A stretch of 64,000 bases of DNA from Vicinamibacterales bacterium. GTDB lineage: Bacteria; Acidobacteriota; Vicinamibacteria; Vicinamibacterales; 2-12-FULL-66-21. Each line of letters opens with the position of its first letter. The stretch's first letter is position 1. Shown one piece after another: positions 40,562 through 50,082 of the stretch. The notes under the pieces were generated by a model. It saw nothing but the letters and a program-made list of their open reading frames with translations, made no database searches and was not told the DNA's origin. The stretch spans positions 18,237 through 82,236 of the forward strand of contig JBMDXB010000082.1 of assembly GCA_048594885.1 (NCBI GenBank), read 5' to 3'. A program made the position numbers and the translations under genes.

Positions 40562-43547
40562 GGCGCGAGCTGGTGGTCGTCTGGCGCGGCGCGGACCGGC
40601 CGGCGTCGAGATCGTTCCAGTTCAGGATCGCGTTGAACCCGAGGAAGAACGTCCCCTGCGTCTGCCAGCGCCAGAACGGACGGATGGCAAACGACACGAC
40701 GTGGCCCTGACCGAGCGGCGCGTCGATAACCTGCGCACGGCCGGCCAGCGCCTGGCCGCCGACCAGTACGCCGGAGAGCAGCATCTCGTCGGGATTCGAC
40801 GGGAACGTCACGATCACGCGCGGACGCGTTTCAGCGCTGTCGCCACCGCCGAATCCGCCGAACCCGCCGCGACCACCGCCGCGGCCGCCACCGAACCCGC
40901 CCTCGGCTGCACCCTGTCCACGACCGCCGCGCGCCGGCGCCGGCGCAGCCTGCGGATTCTCCGGATCGAACGGCGACAGCACGTTCTGCCGGTTCGCCAT
41001 CGGACTGACGTTCATGCCGACGCCCGGCAGCGCATCGCCGCCTCGGCCGCCGCCAAACCCGCCGAAGCCGCCACCACCGCCGCCGCCCGCGTTCAGCACC
41101 GGCGACTGGCTGAAGTACACCGGCACCTGCGCGTCGTACCCGTACGCGATCGGGCTCGCACGATCCGCGACGATGCCGCGCATCACCGAGCCACGGACGA
41201 ACAGCCCCTGCGGTTCCTCGACGGTGACGCCGGTCGTGAATTTGTACTCGGGGAAGATCACCGCGGTCGATCCTTCGGTGATGAGCGTGCCGCCCTGCTC
41301 GACGAACTTCCGCAGCTCGAGGAGCCCTTCCCAGCCCATGCCGCCGCGGATGTCGTCGGCCTGATCCTGCGCGCCGAGGTTCGGCGATTCAGCGGTCTTC
41401 TTGTACGGCAGCGGCGCACCCGATCCTTTCGGAATCCCGGCGACCTGCGACTGCGCATTGCCGCCGACGTGCGGGTAGACAATGACGTCGTACTTCTGCC
41501 GCAGGCTGCCCTCGCGCAGCTTGGTATCGGCGAAATAGGTGTAGGGCACGCCGTAGGTGTCGAGCGCCGCGCGCACCCAGCCTTCGTCCTGCGTCCGCGC
41601 CCAGCTGTGGACGTAACCGACTCGCGGCACGTCGAGGTCGTGCGTCCGTACCGTGGGCGCTGAAGCCACCGCGTACCCGGAGAGCCCGAGCTGCTTCAAC
41701 GACGCGTCGAGCGCGGCGCGGTCGGCCGCCGGAATGATGAACGATCCGGCGCGGAACTTCCGCCCGCCCGCCTCGAACTCCGCCTGCGCCGCCTGCATCT
41801 TCACGCTCGCGTGCTTGAAACGGAACGTGACGAGATTCGCATCCGTCGTGTGGTCGACGATGACTACGGGGCCGCTGCCCTCGAGGCCGCCGGGCGCCTT
41901 CACGTCCGCCGCGATCAGGGCCATCTGCTGCGTCAACGCGTTCTTCTCGGTGATCGGCTTGATCACCAGGTTGCGCATGTACTGGAACGTCCAGCCGGTG
42001 TCGTCGTACGGCCGCGGATTCGACGGCGCGTAGTTCTGAATCGCGAAGTACATGTCGGCAATCGTGCGGTACGGCTGATCGCCGCGGATAACGTAGTCGC
42101 CAGGCTTCACGTCGACGGTGCCGGCCTTGAACGCGGCCGACGCGGTGTGCACTTCGAGGCCCTGCGCGCGGAGATCGTTCACGGCCTGCGCGGCGTCGGA
42201 CTTCCGCTTCTGCCCCGCCGGGATCACCCAGCCGTAGGTCGGGCCATCCGTGCCCTTCTTCACCGCGTTCCTGTTCTTGAGCCAGTAGTTCTCGAGATAC
42301 GTCTCGCGGTTCTTCGCAACGTGGTTCAGCGCGATGAGGATCGCCGACTGCTGGATGTTGGTGTTGTTGCGCGGACCCCACTGGATGGTCGGGAGCGCGG
42401 GATTCGGCCGATACCACTCCCGGCTGGTGGCGCCGCCGCCGCTGACACTGCGGTTGTCCGGTCCGTAGCCCATGACCTCGTAGAAGCGCCCGATCGAGTT
42501 GTGCGCGTGCGCGATGAAGAACATGTAGTTCGGCACCCAGCCGTCGTAGAACCCGTAGGTCCAGACGCCCGGGACACCCCGCTTCGTCATCTCCATCACT
42601 TCGGTCTTCGCCAGCAGCCACCACTCGTCGATCGTGATCGGATCGATCTGCTCGTTGTAGGGGCCAGTGCCGGTCGACGCGTAGAGATACGTGGACTGCT
42701 CGTGCAGGTCGTGCATGACGGTCGGCTTCCAGTCGAGGAACGCCTTCGTCACGTTCTTCGTCAGCGCGAGGAACTGCCCCATGCCGTCGCGGTTGTTGTC
42801 GTGCGCGACGTATTTGCCCCAGTACATGAGCGGCAGCCGCGAATCCCCCTGCGCCCGCTTCTTGTTGAAGTAGTAGGTATCGACCTGCTTCTCGCGCCCG
42901 TCGACCTCGATCACCGGCGTGATCAGCGTGATGACGTTGTTGCGAATCTGCTGGATGAAGGGGGTCTCCGAAACGGCCAGCCGGTACGGCAGCTCGATCA
43001 GCATCTCGGGGCCGCCGTTCTCGGTCGAATGCATGCCGCTCGTGATCCAGTACAGCGGCTTCGCCGTCTTGATCAGTTGCTGCGCTTGCGCGTCGGTCGT
43101 CTTCCGCGGATCGGTGAGCGACGCGATCATCGCCTTGTACTTGTCGATCTGCTTGATGGTGGCCTCGTCGGCGACCGCGAGGATCACCATGTCGCGGCCC
43201 TCTTCGGTTTTGCCGATCGTCCACATGGCGATGCGGTCCGACGCTTTGTCGATCGCCTCGTAATAGCGATAGATGTCCTTCGCGTAGGTCAGCTCGCCAG
43301 GCGTGCCGACGATGCGGCCGAGGAACTTCAGCGGCGTGGGCACGGCGTCGGACGCGGGCAGGTGGTCGACCAGCTCCGTCGAGATGCGCGAATCCTGCAG
43401 GTACTCTTTGATTTTTGCCGTGTATTCCTGGTCGTTCTTCTGCGGCCTGGCGGCGCCTTGCGCGGCCGGCCGCTGCGCCGGCGCGGCGGCAACCGCCAAA
43501 GCCAGCGCGAGCGCGAAGCGGAGAAATGGACTTCGCAGTCGGGTCAT
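40551..43547 (-). CDS. Large secreted M14 zinc carboxypeptidase-family protein with a Gly/Arg-rich insert
   Basis: SGMHSTE, HDNNRD and HDLHE motifs; signal peptide. Confidence 0.85.
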   Translation of the reverse strand: MTRLRSPFLRFALALALAVAAAPAQRPAAQGAARPQKNDQEYTAKIKEYLQDSRISTELVDHLPASDAVPTPLKFLGRIVGTPGELTYAKDIYRYYEAIDKASDRIAMWTIGKTEEGRDMVILAVADEATIKQIDKYKAMIASLTDPRKTTDAQAQQLIKTAKPLYWITSGMHSTENGGPEMLIELPYRLAVSETPFIQQIRNNVITLITPVIEVDGREKQVDTYYFNKKRAQGDSRLPLMYWGKYVAHDNNRDGMGQFLALTKNVTKAFLDWKPTVMHDLHEQSTYLYASTGTGPYNEQIDPITIDEWWLLAKTEVMEMTKRGVPGVWTYGFYDGWVPNYMFFIAHAHNSIGRFYEVMGYGPDNRSVSGGGATSREWYRPNPALPTIQWGPRNNTNIQQSAILIALNHVAKNRETYLENYWLKNRNAVKKGTDGPTYGWVIPAGQKRKSDAAQAVNDLRAQGLEVHTASAAFKAGTVDVKPGDYVIRGDQPYRTIADMYFAIQNYAPSNPRPYDDTGWTFQYMRNLVIKPITEKNALTQQMALIAADVKAPGGLEGSGPVVIVDHTTDANLVTFRFKHASVKMQAAQAEFEAGGRKFRAGSFIIPAADRAALDASLKQLGLSGYAVASAPTVRTHDLDVPRVGYVHSWARTQDEGWVRAALDTYGVPYTYFADTKLREGSLRQKYDVIVYPHVGGNAQSQVAGIPKGSGAPLPYKKTAESPNLGAQDQADDIRGGMGWEGLLELRKFVEQGGTLITEGSTAVIFPEYKFTTGVTVEEPQGLFVRGSVMRGIVADRASPIAYGYDAQVPVYFSQSPVLNAGGGGGGGFGGFGGGRGGDALPGVGMNVSPMANRQNVLSPFDPENPQAAPAPARGGRGQGAAEGGFGGGRGGGRGGFGGFGGGDSAETRPRVIVTFPSNPDEMLLSGVLVGGQALAGRAQVIDAPLGQGHVVSFAIRPFWRWQTQGTFFLGFNAILNWNDLDAGRSAPRQTTTSSRQKP

Positions 43548-43631
43548 GTTGAAGCCTCCAAAGAAGCGGCGGGAAACACGGCGTTATACCACGAATGGCG
43601 GGCTGGCAGCCGGCTTGCTGGATCCGACAAC

Positions 43632-44777
43632 GTGTTGGCCAACTTCAAGATGCCGCTCGACTGGGGCGAGCTCGTCAAGCGGACCGCCAAGGACGCGATC
43701 GCCGACGACATCATGAACCTGTCGGCGCAACAGGCGTACTACCTCTTCTTCGCGCTCTTTCCCGCGCTGCTGACGCTCATCTCCATCGCCAGCTTCTTCA
43801 ACCTCGCGAACGTCGTCGAGCAGGTCGTCCAGAACGTGGGGACGGTGGCGCCCAGGGACGTGCTGACCATCGTCGAAACTCAGCTTGCGGAGATCGGGAA
43901 GAGCGGCCGGGGGGGCATCCTGACCGGCGCCTTCCTGCTGACCATCTGGAGCAGCTCGACGGCGATGGTCTCGATCACCACGACGCTCAATGCCGCCTAC
44001 GACATCGAGGAAGGGCGGCCATGGTGGAAGGTCAGGCTGACCGCGATTGCGCTCACGGTCGGCATGGCCCTCTTCATCATCGTCTCGATGGCACTCGTGC
44101 TGCTCGGCCCGACGGCGGCGGAACACCTCGCCACCCGGATGAACCTCGGCGAAGCGTTCAAGTGGACGTGGCTCGTGCTGCAGTGGCCCGTCGTGCTCAC
44201 GCTGGTCGCGACAGGCATCGCGATCGTCTACTACTTCGCGCCGGACGCTGAGCAGGAGTGGGTCTGGATCACGCCAGGCTCGGTCCTCGCGACGTTGCTG
44301 TGGCTGGGCGTGTCGCTGGCGCTGAAGATCTACATCGCCAACTTCGCGAACTACAACGAGACCTACGGGGCGATCGGCGGCGTGATCGTCCTGCTGCTGT
44401 GGTTCTGGCTGTCAGGCATGGCGATCCTGATTGGCGCCGAGTTCAACGCGGAGATCGAGCACGCGTCGCCGCACGGCAAGGACGTCGGCGAGAAAGTGCC
44501 GGGCGAAAAGAAAAAGATCGGCGTGCTCGCGGCGCGAGCCTACGAGGAAAAGCGCGCGCGAGGAGAGATTCCGGTGCGCGCGTTCGACGAAGGCGTGAAC
44601 TGCGATCTCGAGCGAGAGGCGGCGGCTGAATCCGGGCCGGGCAAGCCGGGGCCGGGCAAGCCCGGCCCCTACGAGGTCCGGCCGAGCGATCTCATCATCG
44701 GCACGGCCGCACTCATACCTGCGGCAATCAAGATCGGCAAGGACATCAAGAAGAAGATCGGCCGCGACGCAGCCTAG
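43632..44777 (+). CDS. YihY/virulence factor BrkB family membrane protein
   Basis: AYYLFFALFP, LNAAYDIEEGRPWWK, YNETYGAIGGVI and GAEFNAE motifs. Start GTG 43632 or ATG 43650. Confidence 0.9.
   Translation: MLANFKMPLDWGELVKRTAKDAIADDIMNLSAQQAYYLFFALFPALLTLISIASFFNLANVVEQVVQNVGTVAPRDVLTIVETQLAEIGKSGRGGILTGAFLLTIWSSSTAMVSITTTLNAAYDIEEGRPWWKVRLTAIALTVGMALFIIVSMALVLLGPTAAEHLATRMNLGEAFKWTWLVLQWPVVLTLVATGIAIVYYFAPDAEQEWVWITPGSVLATLLWLGVSLALKIYIANFANYNETYGAIGGVIVLLLWFWLSGMAILIGAEFNAEIEHASPHGKDVGEKVPGEKKKIGVLAARAYEEKRARGEIPVRAFDEGVNCDLEREAAAESGPGKPGPGKPGPYEVRPSDLIIGTAALIPAAIKIGKDIKKKIGRDAA
44622..44672 (-). repeat. GTAG-REP family 1 copy (plus a partial copy) inside the yihY coding sequence
   Basis: 44649-44672 is the exact reverse complement of 6493-6516; preceded by the gcggctgaatccgg spacer also seen at 6517-6530. 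Confidence 0.9.
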
Positions 44778-45295
44778 CGCTGCTGCTGCTTCCAGTACGG
44801 CGGATCGGACGTCGGCTTGGGCGGCGGCGAAGACAATCCGAGCCGCGACTGCGGCAGACCGATCGTCGAGAACGGCACGATCGGCCGCGACGTGCCGTGG
44901 CGCGGAATGTAGACGGGCACGTAGACCGGCACCGGCACGGCGACCTCGCGCACCGCGCTCTCGTGGTGATCGATCACGATGACGCGGGGCTCCGGCGCTG
45001 GCTCGACGGCGGGAGCCGGCGGCGGCGCCGGGGCGGCCGGCTCGACGGGCTGCGCCGTGCGACCGCTCTTCACCATCGCGAGAATCACGCGCTCGCTGAC
45101 GCCGGAATCCTTCAACAGCTTCAGCGTCGCGGGATCGACCGGAAACACCTTCCGCTCGGTGTCGATGATCGCCAGCAGGATTTCGTCGCTCAACCCCGTC
45201 TTCGACAGCTCGATGATGTCGCGGACGGTGATCGCCTGGGCCGGGCTCGCGCTCAGGACGGTAACGGCAAGCAGAAGCAGGACGATACGGCGCAT
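44774..45295 (-). CDS. Secreted Pro-rich hypothetical protein
   Basis: Signal peptide ending AQA; DIIELSKTGLSDEI..LKDSGVSERVI repeated helices; GGAGG RBS. Confidence 0.75.
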   Translation of the reverse strand: MRRIVLLLLAVTVLSASPAQAITVRDIIELSKTGLSDEILLAIIDTERKVFPVDPATLKLLKDSGVSERVILAMVKSGRTAQPVEPAAPAPPPAPAVEPAPEPRVIVIDHHESAVREVAVPVPVYVPVYIPRHGTSRPIVPFSTIGLPQSRLGLSSPPPKPTSDPPYWKQQQR

Positions 45296-45338
45296 CGACG
45301 GCCTCCCGAGGACTTCAACGTGTCAGCAACCCGTCGGC

Positions 45339-45354
45339 TGCAACGAGAGTACCA
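45339..45354 (-). promoter_or_regulatory. Putative sigma54 -24/-12 promoter
   Basis: Minus strand TGGTACTCTCGTTGCA (GG-N10-GC). Confidence 0.55.
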
Positions 45355-45385
45355 CGGCCGGACCGGTGAAAATCGCGGTCGGGCA

Positions 45386-45417
45386 AGGGCCGAGGGCCAA
45401 AGGCCAACGGCCAACGG
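45386..45417 (+). repeat. Short degenerate heptamer array (AGGGCCG/AAGGCCA/ACGGCCA), single arm
   Basis: agggccgagggccaaaggccaacggccaacgg. Confidence 0.5.
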
Positions 45418-45534
45418 TCTCCCGGGGTCCTGCGTCGAGGACACGAGTGTCCCCGCCAGGCGCGGCTGGCACCTCGATGTCGCGGCAAACCGCGCCGGAA
45501 CCGCTACATATGGGGAGTCCCATGACGAAATGAA

Positions 45535-45550
45535 GGGCATGGCAATTGCT
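45535..45550 (+). promoter_or_regulatory. Putative sigma54 -24/-12 promoter
   Basis: GGGCATGGCAATTGCT (GG-N10-GC) about 30 nt before ATG 45579. Confidence 0.55.
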
Positions 45551-45578
45551 CGAACGTCATCCGTCCAGGGAGCAGTTC

Positions 45579-46574
45579 ATGATGTCTAAAGTCCTCGCAT
45601 TCAGCCTGATAGCGGCAGGATGCGTCGTCGCAGCGGCGGGCGGGGCCTATGTGGCCGTGCGCCAGAGCGCGGCGCCGGCCCCCGTCGAATTCGTGGCCCA
45701 GCCGGCGCAGCCTGCGGCAGTGCCGGATCCGGCCGCTGCCGGGCAGCCGGTTTCCGAAACCGAAGCGATCGTCGAGAAGCCTGCAGCCGTCGACCCGCCG
45801 GTTCAGCATGCGGCCGAGCCGCGGCGGTCGGGTACCGTTGCCGCCGGCAGCCGTCGTGGCGCCAGTGCCGGCCTCCCTGGTGGCCGTCGGGCAGCGCCCG
45901 CTGCCGCGGAAGCAGCGCAGACCCCGGCAACCGCGCCTGAGCGCGCCGCCGCGGAACCCGTGACACCTGCGGTCGTGCCGGCAGTCGAAACGGTCCCGGA
46001 GCCGCAGCGTCCTCAGGATCCTCCGGCGCCGCCGGTGCCCGAGTACGAAGAAGTCACGATCCCGGCCGGCGCCGTCATCGGACTCCAGGTGACGACGGCG
46101 TTGTCGAGCGAGCGGACGCAGGTTGAAGATCGCGTGGAGGCGCGCGTGACGCGCGACGTCACGGCGGCCGGCCACGTCGCGATTCCCGCCGGCTCGCGCG
46201 CGATCGGCGCCGTCACCGTCGTCGAGCGCGGCGGCAAGATGAAGGAGCGCGCGCGCCTCGGCGTCCGGTTCCACACCCTGGTGCTCGCCGATGGCAGCGA
46301 GCTTCCGCTGCGCACCGACGCGATCTTCCGCGAAGGGGAATCACCCTCAGGCGAAAGCGCGCGCAAGATCGGCGGCGCGGCCGTCGGGGGCGCAATCCTC
46401 GGCGCGATTCTCGGCGGCGGCAAAGGGGCGGCAATCGGCGGCGCGACCGGCGCAGCCGGCGGTACCGCCGTCGTGATGGCGGGCGGACGCAACGCGGCTG
46501 TTCTCGCCGCCGGCGAAACGGTCACCGTGCGCCTCACCTCGCCGGTCTCGATCGAAGTCCGCAAGGACAAATAG
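45579..46574 (+). CDS. Membrane-anchored hypothetical protein with Pro/Ala linker, beta domain and glycine zipper
   Basis: IPAGAVI and IPAGSRAIG motifs; GGAAVGGAILGAILGGGKGAAIG. Confidence 0.75.
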   Translation: MMSKVLAFSLIAAGCVVAAAGGAYVAVRQSAAPAPVEFVAQPAQPAAVPDPAAAGQPVSETEAIVEKPAAVDPPVQHAAEPRRSGTVAAGSRRGASAGLPGGRRAAPAAAEAAQTPATAPERAAAEPVTPAVVPAVETVPEPQRPQDPPAPPVPEYEEVTIPAGAVIGLQVTTALSSERTQVEDRVEARVTRDVTAAGHVAIPAGSRAIGAVTVVERGGKMKERARLGVRFHTLVLADGSELPLRTDAIFREGESPSGESARKIGGAAVGGAILGAILGGGKGAAIGGATGAAGGTAVVMAGGRNAAVLAAGETVTVRLTSPVSIEVRKDK

Positions 46575-46606
46575 GCGGCGAAGCCCCTCGGAGTAAAATC
46601 GAGGGC

Positions 46607-47116
46607 ATGATGCTGATGCTCATGCTCTCGATGGTTCTGCTCGCGCAGTCCCCCACCAAAGTCGATCTTCCCGGCGCGCGCAACGTGACGCGTGTCGACG
46701 CGACGATCATGTGCGCCGGCGCGACGACTCCGGAGACGTCCGCCGAGCTGAAGAAGCTCGGATTCAACTCGATCGTCAACCTGCGCCGCGACAACGAACC
46801 GGGCGTCGACATCGCCGCCTCGAAGACGGCCGCCACCGCCGCCGGTCTCAGGTACATCCACATTCCCGTCGACGGCACGAGTCCGGACGCGAAGTCCGTG
46901 GAGACGTTTCTCGCCGCCGTCACCGACAAGGCAAACCAGCCGGCATACATCCACTGCGGCTCCGCCAACCGCGTCGGCGCCATGTGGCTGATCAAACGCG
47001 TCGTCGTCGACGGCTGGGACATTCCGAAGGCGACCGACGAAGCGGTCGCGATCGGCCTCACGAGCGAGCCGCTGAAGAAGTTCGCGATCGACTACGCGAC
47101 CGCGCACAAGAAGTAG
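46607..47116 (+). CDS. Secreted phosphatase-fold protein (DUF442/PTP-like, CX5R)
   Basis: IVNLRRDNE, YIHIPV and HCGSANR motifs. Confidence 0.82.
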   Translation: MMLMLMLSMVLLAQSPTKVDLPGARNVTRVDATIMCAGATTPETSAELKKLGFNSIVNLRRDNEPGVDIAASKTAATAAGLRYIHIPVDGTSPDAKSVETFLAAVTDKANQPAYIHCGSANRVGAMWLIKRVVVDGWDIPKATDEAVAIGLTSEPLKKFAIDYATAHKK

Positions 47117-47121
47117 CGGCG

Positions 47122-48579
47122 ATGGCGGACGTCGCCGGCGACATGGATCCGGAGGCGTTCCGGCGCGAGGCGCACCGGATCGCCGACTGGATCGCCGACT
47201 ACTTCAAGGATCCCGGCCGCTACCCCGTCCTCGCACAGGTCCGGCCGGGCGCCGTTCGCGAGGCGCTGCCCGCCGACGCGCCGGCCGCGGGCGAACGCTT
47301 CGACGCGATCTTCGCGGACTTCGAGCGGATCGTGCTGCCGGCGATCACGCACTGGAACCACCCCGGTTTCTTCGCCTACTTCGCCATCAGCGGCAGCGCG
47401 CCGGGCGCGCTGGCGGAATTCCTCTCGGCCGCGCTGAACGTGCAGGCGATGCTGTGGCGCACGTCGCCTGCCGCCACGGAGCTCGAGGACGTCGCGCTGG
47501 CGTGGCTTCGCCGGCTGCTCGGCCTGCCCGAGTCGTTCGAAGGCGTCATCTACGACACCGCGTCGATCTCCACGCTGCACGCGCTTGCGGCCGCGCGCGA
47601 GACCGCGGTGCCGCAGGTGCGCACGGCGGGGCTGGCCGGGCGCCCTGAACTGTCGCGACTGCGCGTCTACTGCTCCGATCAGGCGCACTCCTCTGTCGAC
47701 AAGGCGGTCATTCTGCTCGGCCTCGGCCACGATGCGCTGCGGAAAATCCCGAGCGACGGCGAATTCCGTGTCCGTCCCGACGCACTGTCGCGCGCGATCG
47801 CGGAGGACCGCGACGCGGGAATCACGCCGATTGCCGTCGTCGCGACCGTGGGAACGACATCGTCAACGAGCGTCGATCCAATCGAGGCCGTCGCCGGCGT
47901 CTGCGAGCGCGAGCGGCTCTGGCTTCACGTCGACGCGGCGTACGCCGGCGTCGCGGCGATGGTGCCCGGCTACGAGTGGATCCTTCGCGGCGCCGATCGC
48001 GCCGACTCGCTTGTCGTCAATCCGCACAAGTGGCTGTTCACGCCGTTCGATCTCAGTGCCTTTTACTGCCGCCGCATGGATGTCATCCGCAGGGCGTTCG
48101 CGTTGACGCCGGAGTACCTGAAGACGCTGGAGTCGGCGCCCGTGAAGAACCTGATGGACACGGGCGTGCAGCTCGGACGCCGCTTCCGCGCGCTCAAGTT
48201 ATGGATGGTGCTGCGTCACTTCGGCGCTGACGGAATCCGCGCCCGGCTCGCCGAGCACATGCGCCTCGCGCAGCTCTTCGCATCGTGGGTCGACGCCAGC
48301 GACGTGTTCGAGCGCGTTGCGCCCGTTCCCTTCAGCGTCGTCTGTTTTCGCATTCGCGACGAATCGCTGACCCCGACAGCGGCGGACGCCCTCAACGAGC
48401 AACTGCTCGACGCCGTCAATCGCACCGGCGAGATCTTCTTGTCCCATACCCGACTCGACGGGAAGTACGTGCTGCGCCTCGCCATCGGCAATCTGCACAC
48501 GACCGAGGCGCACGTCGCCCGCGCCTGGGCGCTGTTGCAGCAGAAGGCGCACGAGCTTCAGCTCACCTCGACCACATAA
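47122..48579 (+). CDS. Group II PLP decarboxylase (aromatic L-amino acid decarboxylase-like)
   Basis: THWNHPGFFAYF, SPAATELE, HVDAAYAG, NPHKW and GRRFRALK motifs. Confidence 0.92.
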   Translation: MADVAGDMDPEAFRREAHRIADWIADYFKDPGRYPVLAQVRPGAVREALPADAPAAGERFDAIFADFERIVLPAITHWNHPGFFAYFAISGSAPGALAEFLSAALNVQAMLWRTSPAATELEDVALAWLRRLLGLPESFEGVIYDTASISTLHALAAARETAVPQVRTAGLAGRPELSRLRVYCSDQAHSSVDKAVILLGLGHDALRKIPSDGEFRVRPDALSRAIAEDRDAGITPIAVVATVGTTSSTSVDPIEAVAGVCERERLWLHVDAAYAGVAAMVPGYEWILRGADRADSLVVNPHKWLFTPFDLSAFYCRRMDVIRRAFALTPEYLKTLESAPVKNLMDTGVQLGRRFRALKLWMVLRHFGADGIRARLAEHMRLAQLFASWVDASDVFERVAPVPFSVVCFRIRDESLTPTAADALNEQLLDAVNRTGEIFLSHTRLDGKYVLRLAIGNLHTTEAHVARAWALLQQKAHELQLTSTT

Positions 48580-48587
48580 CCTCCTGC

Positions 48588-48603
48588 GGGCAAGGCGCTT
48601 GCA
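48588..48603 (+). promoter_or_regulatory. Putative sigma54 -24/-12 promoter for the OMP pair
   Basis: GGGCAAGGCGCTTGCA (GG-N10-GC). Confidence 0.45.
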
Positions 48604-48703
48604 CCCGTGGGAAGCCGTGACGGCCTCGAGCATTCGCGCCCGCGGACCGTCCGCACAACCTCACGCCGGCGGCGGTCGCCGGTCTATTGAAGAGGGAGAG
48701 GCA

Positions 48704-49333
48704 ATGCGTAAGTTGGTATTGGCAGGATCGCTCGTGTGCTTCATGTCGGCGGTGGCGCCGGCAGCCGCGTCAGCCGACTGGCTGTTCACGCCGTTCATCG
48801 GCGGCAACTGGGGGGGCTCGGCCACGTTCTCGGATGACTTCGGCGACTTCGAGGATGAGTTCGAGCGCAAGGTGAACTTCGGCGCGTCGCTCGCCTGGAT
48901 GGGCGGCGGCATCGCTGGCTTCGAGCTGGACTTCGGCTACTCGCCGAACTTCTTCCAGGACACGACCGGCGACGCGGACTTCGAGTTCGGCGACAGCAAC
49001 GTGACGACGCTCATGGCGAACGTCATTCTCGGAGCGCCCGCTGGCGGACAGGTGGGGCGCGGCATCCGGCCGTATGCGTCGGGCGGACTCGGCCTGATCC
49101 GTCACCGCGTCAGCAGCCCCGAGAACTTCTTCGACGTGAGCAGCAACGACTGGGGCTTCAACGTGGGCGGCGGCCTCGCCGGCTTCTTCAGCGACAACGT
49201 CGGCATCCGCGGCGACGTCCGCTACTTCCGCTCGCTCCAGGACAACGAGCCCGATGACGAGCTCGACGTCGCGCTGAGCGACTTCAAGTTCTGGCGCGGA
49301 ACGGTCGGCCTCGTATTCCGTTTCGGCGGATAG
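48704..49333 (+). CDS. Outer membrane beta-barrel protein (copy 1)
   Basis: Signal peptide; amphipathic strands; RPYASGG; C-terminal VGLVFRF. Confidence 0.85.
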   Translation: MRKLVLAGSLVCFMSAVAPAAASADWLFTPFIGGNWGGSATFSDDFGDFEDEFERKVNFGASLAWMGGGIAGFELDFGYSPNFFQDTTGDADFEFGDSNVTTLMANVILGAPAGGQVGRGIRPYASGGLGLIRHRVSSPENFFDVSSNDWGFNVGGGLAGFFSDNVGIRGDVRYFRSLQDNEPDDELDVALSDFKFWRGTVGLVFRFGG

Positions 49334-49377
49334 GTTCGGAAGCCGTCTTGTTCAGTCGCACACGGGAGGTGACGACA

Positions 49378-50007
49378 GTGCGAAAGTTGCTGGTACCGGG
49401 GATTCTCGTGCTCACGATGTCAGCCGCGGCGCCTGCGCCGGCGTCGGCCGACTGGCTGTTCACGCCGTTCATCGGCGGCAACTTCGGCGGGGCTGCCACG
49501 TTCGCCGATCAGTTCGACGATTTCGACGATGAGTTCGAACGCCGACTGAACGTCGGCGCATCGCTCGCCTGGATGGGCGGAGGGATCGCCGGCTTCGAGG
49601 TGGACTTCGGCTACTCGCCGAACTTCTTCCAGAACACGAGCGGCCCCGCCAACTTCGAGTTCGGCGACAACCACGTGACCACGCTGATGGCCAACGTCAT
49701 CTTCGGCGCGCCGGGGGGCGGTCAGGTGGGGAGGGGCGTTCGTCCCTACGCGTCGGGCGGCATCGGTGTGATCGATATGCGGATCGACGAGGAGGACCCA
49801 TTCGGCGGATTCAACAACACGAACCTGGGCTTCAACGTCGGCGGCGGCGTCGCCGGGTTCTTCACTGACAACATCGGGCTGCGCGGTGACGTCCGCTTCT
49901 TCCGCGCGCTGGAGGACAAGGAGCCCGATGATGACTTGGACGTCGGGATGACCGGCTTCAAGTTCTGGCGCGGAACGGTCGGGCTCGTATTCCGTTTCGG
50001 CGGGTAA
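49378..50007 (+). CDS. Outer membrane beta-barrel protein (copy 2, tandem paralog)
   Basis: Same length and long near-identical blocks with copy 1; GGAGG + GTG. Confidence 0.85.
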   Translation: MRKLLVPGILVLTMSAAAPAPASADWLFTPFIGGNFGGAATFADQFDDFDDEFERRLNVGASLAWMGGGIAGFEVDFGYSPNFFQNTSGPANFEFGDNHVTTLMANVIFGAPGGGQVGRGVRPYASGGIGVIDMRIDEEDPFGGFNNTNLGFNVGGGVAGFFTDNIGLRGDVRFFRALEDKEPDDDLDVGMTGFKFWRGTVGLVFRFGG

Positions 50008-50015
50008 CCGCTGAG

Positions 50016-50082
50016 GGCGGAACTGAAGTTCCGCCCTACGTACAATGCGGCGGCTTCCGTAGGGCGGAACTTCAGTTCCGCC
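50016..50082. repeat. GTAG-REP family 3 inverted doublet (GTAGGGCGGAACTTCAGTTCCGCC)
   Basis: Copies at 50016-50039 (-) and 50059-50082 (+), between convergent genes. Confidence 0.9.

Noticed and set aside
41811-43631. N-terminal ~600 aa of the 988-aa + strand ORF
   Set aside because: Antisense shadow of the M14 peptidase; only the YihY part is credible.
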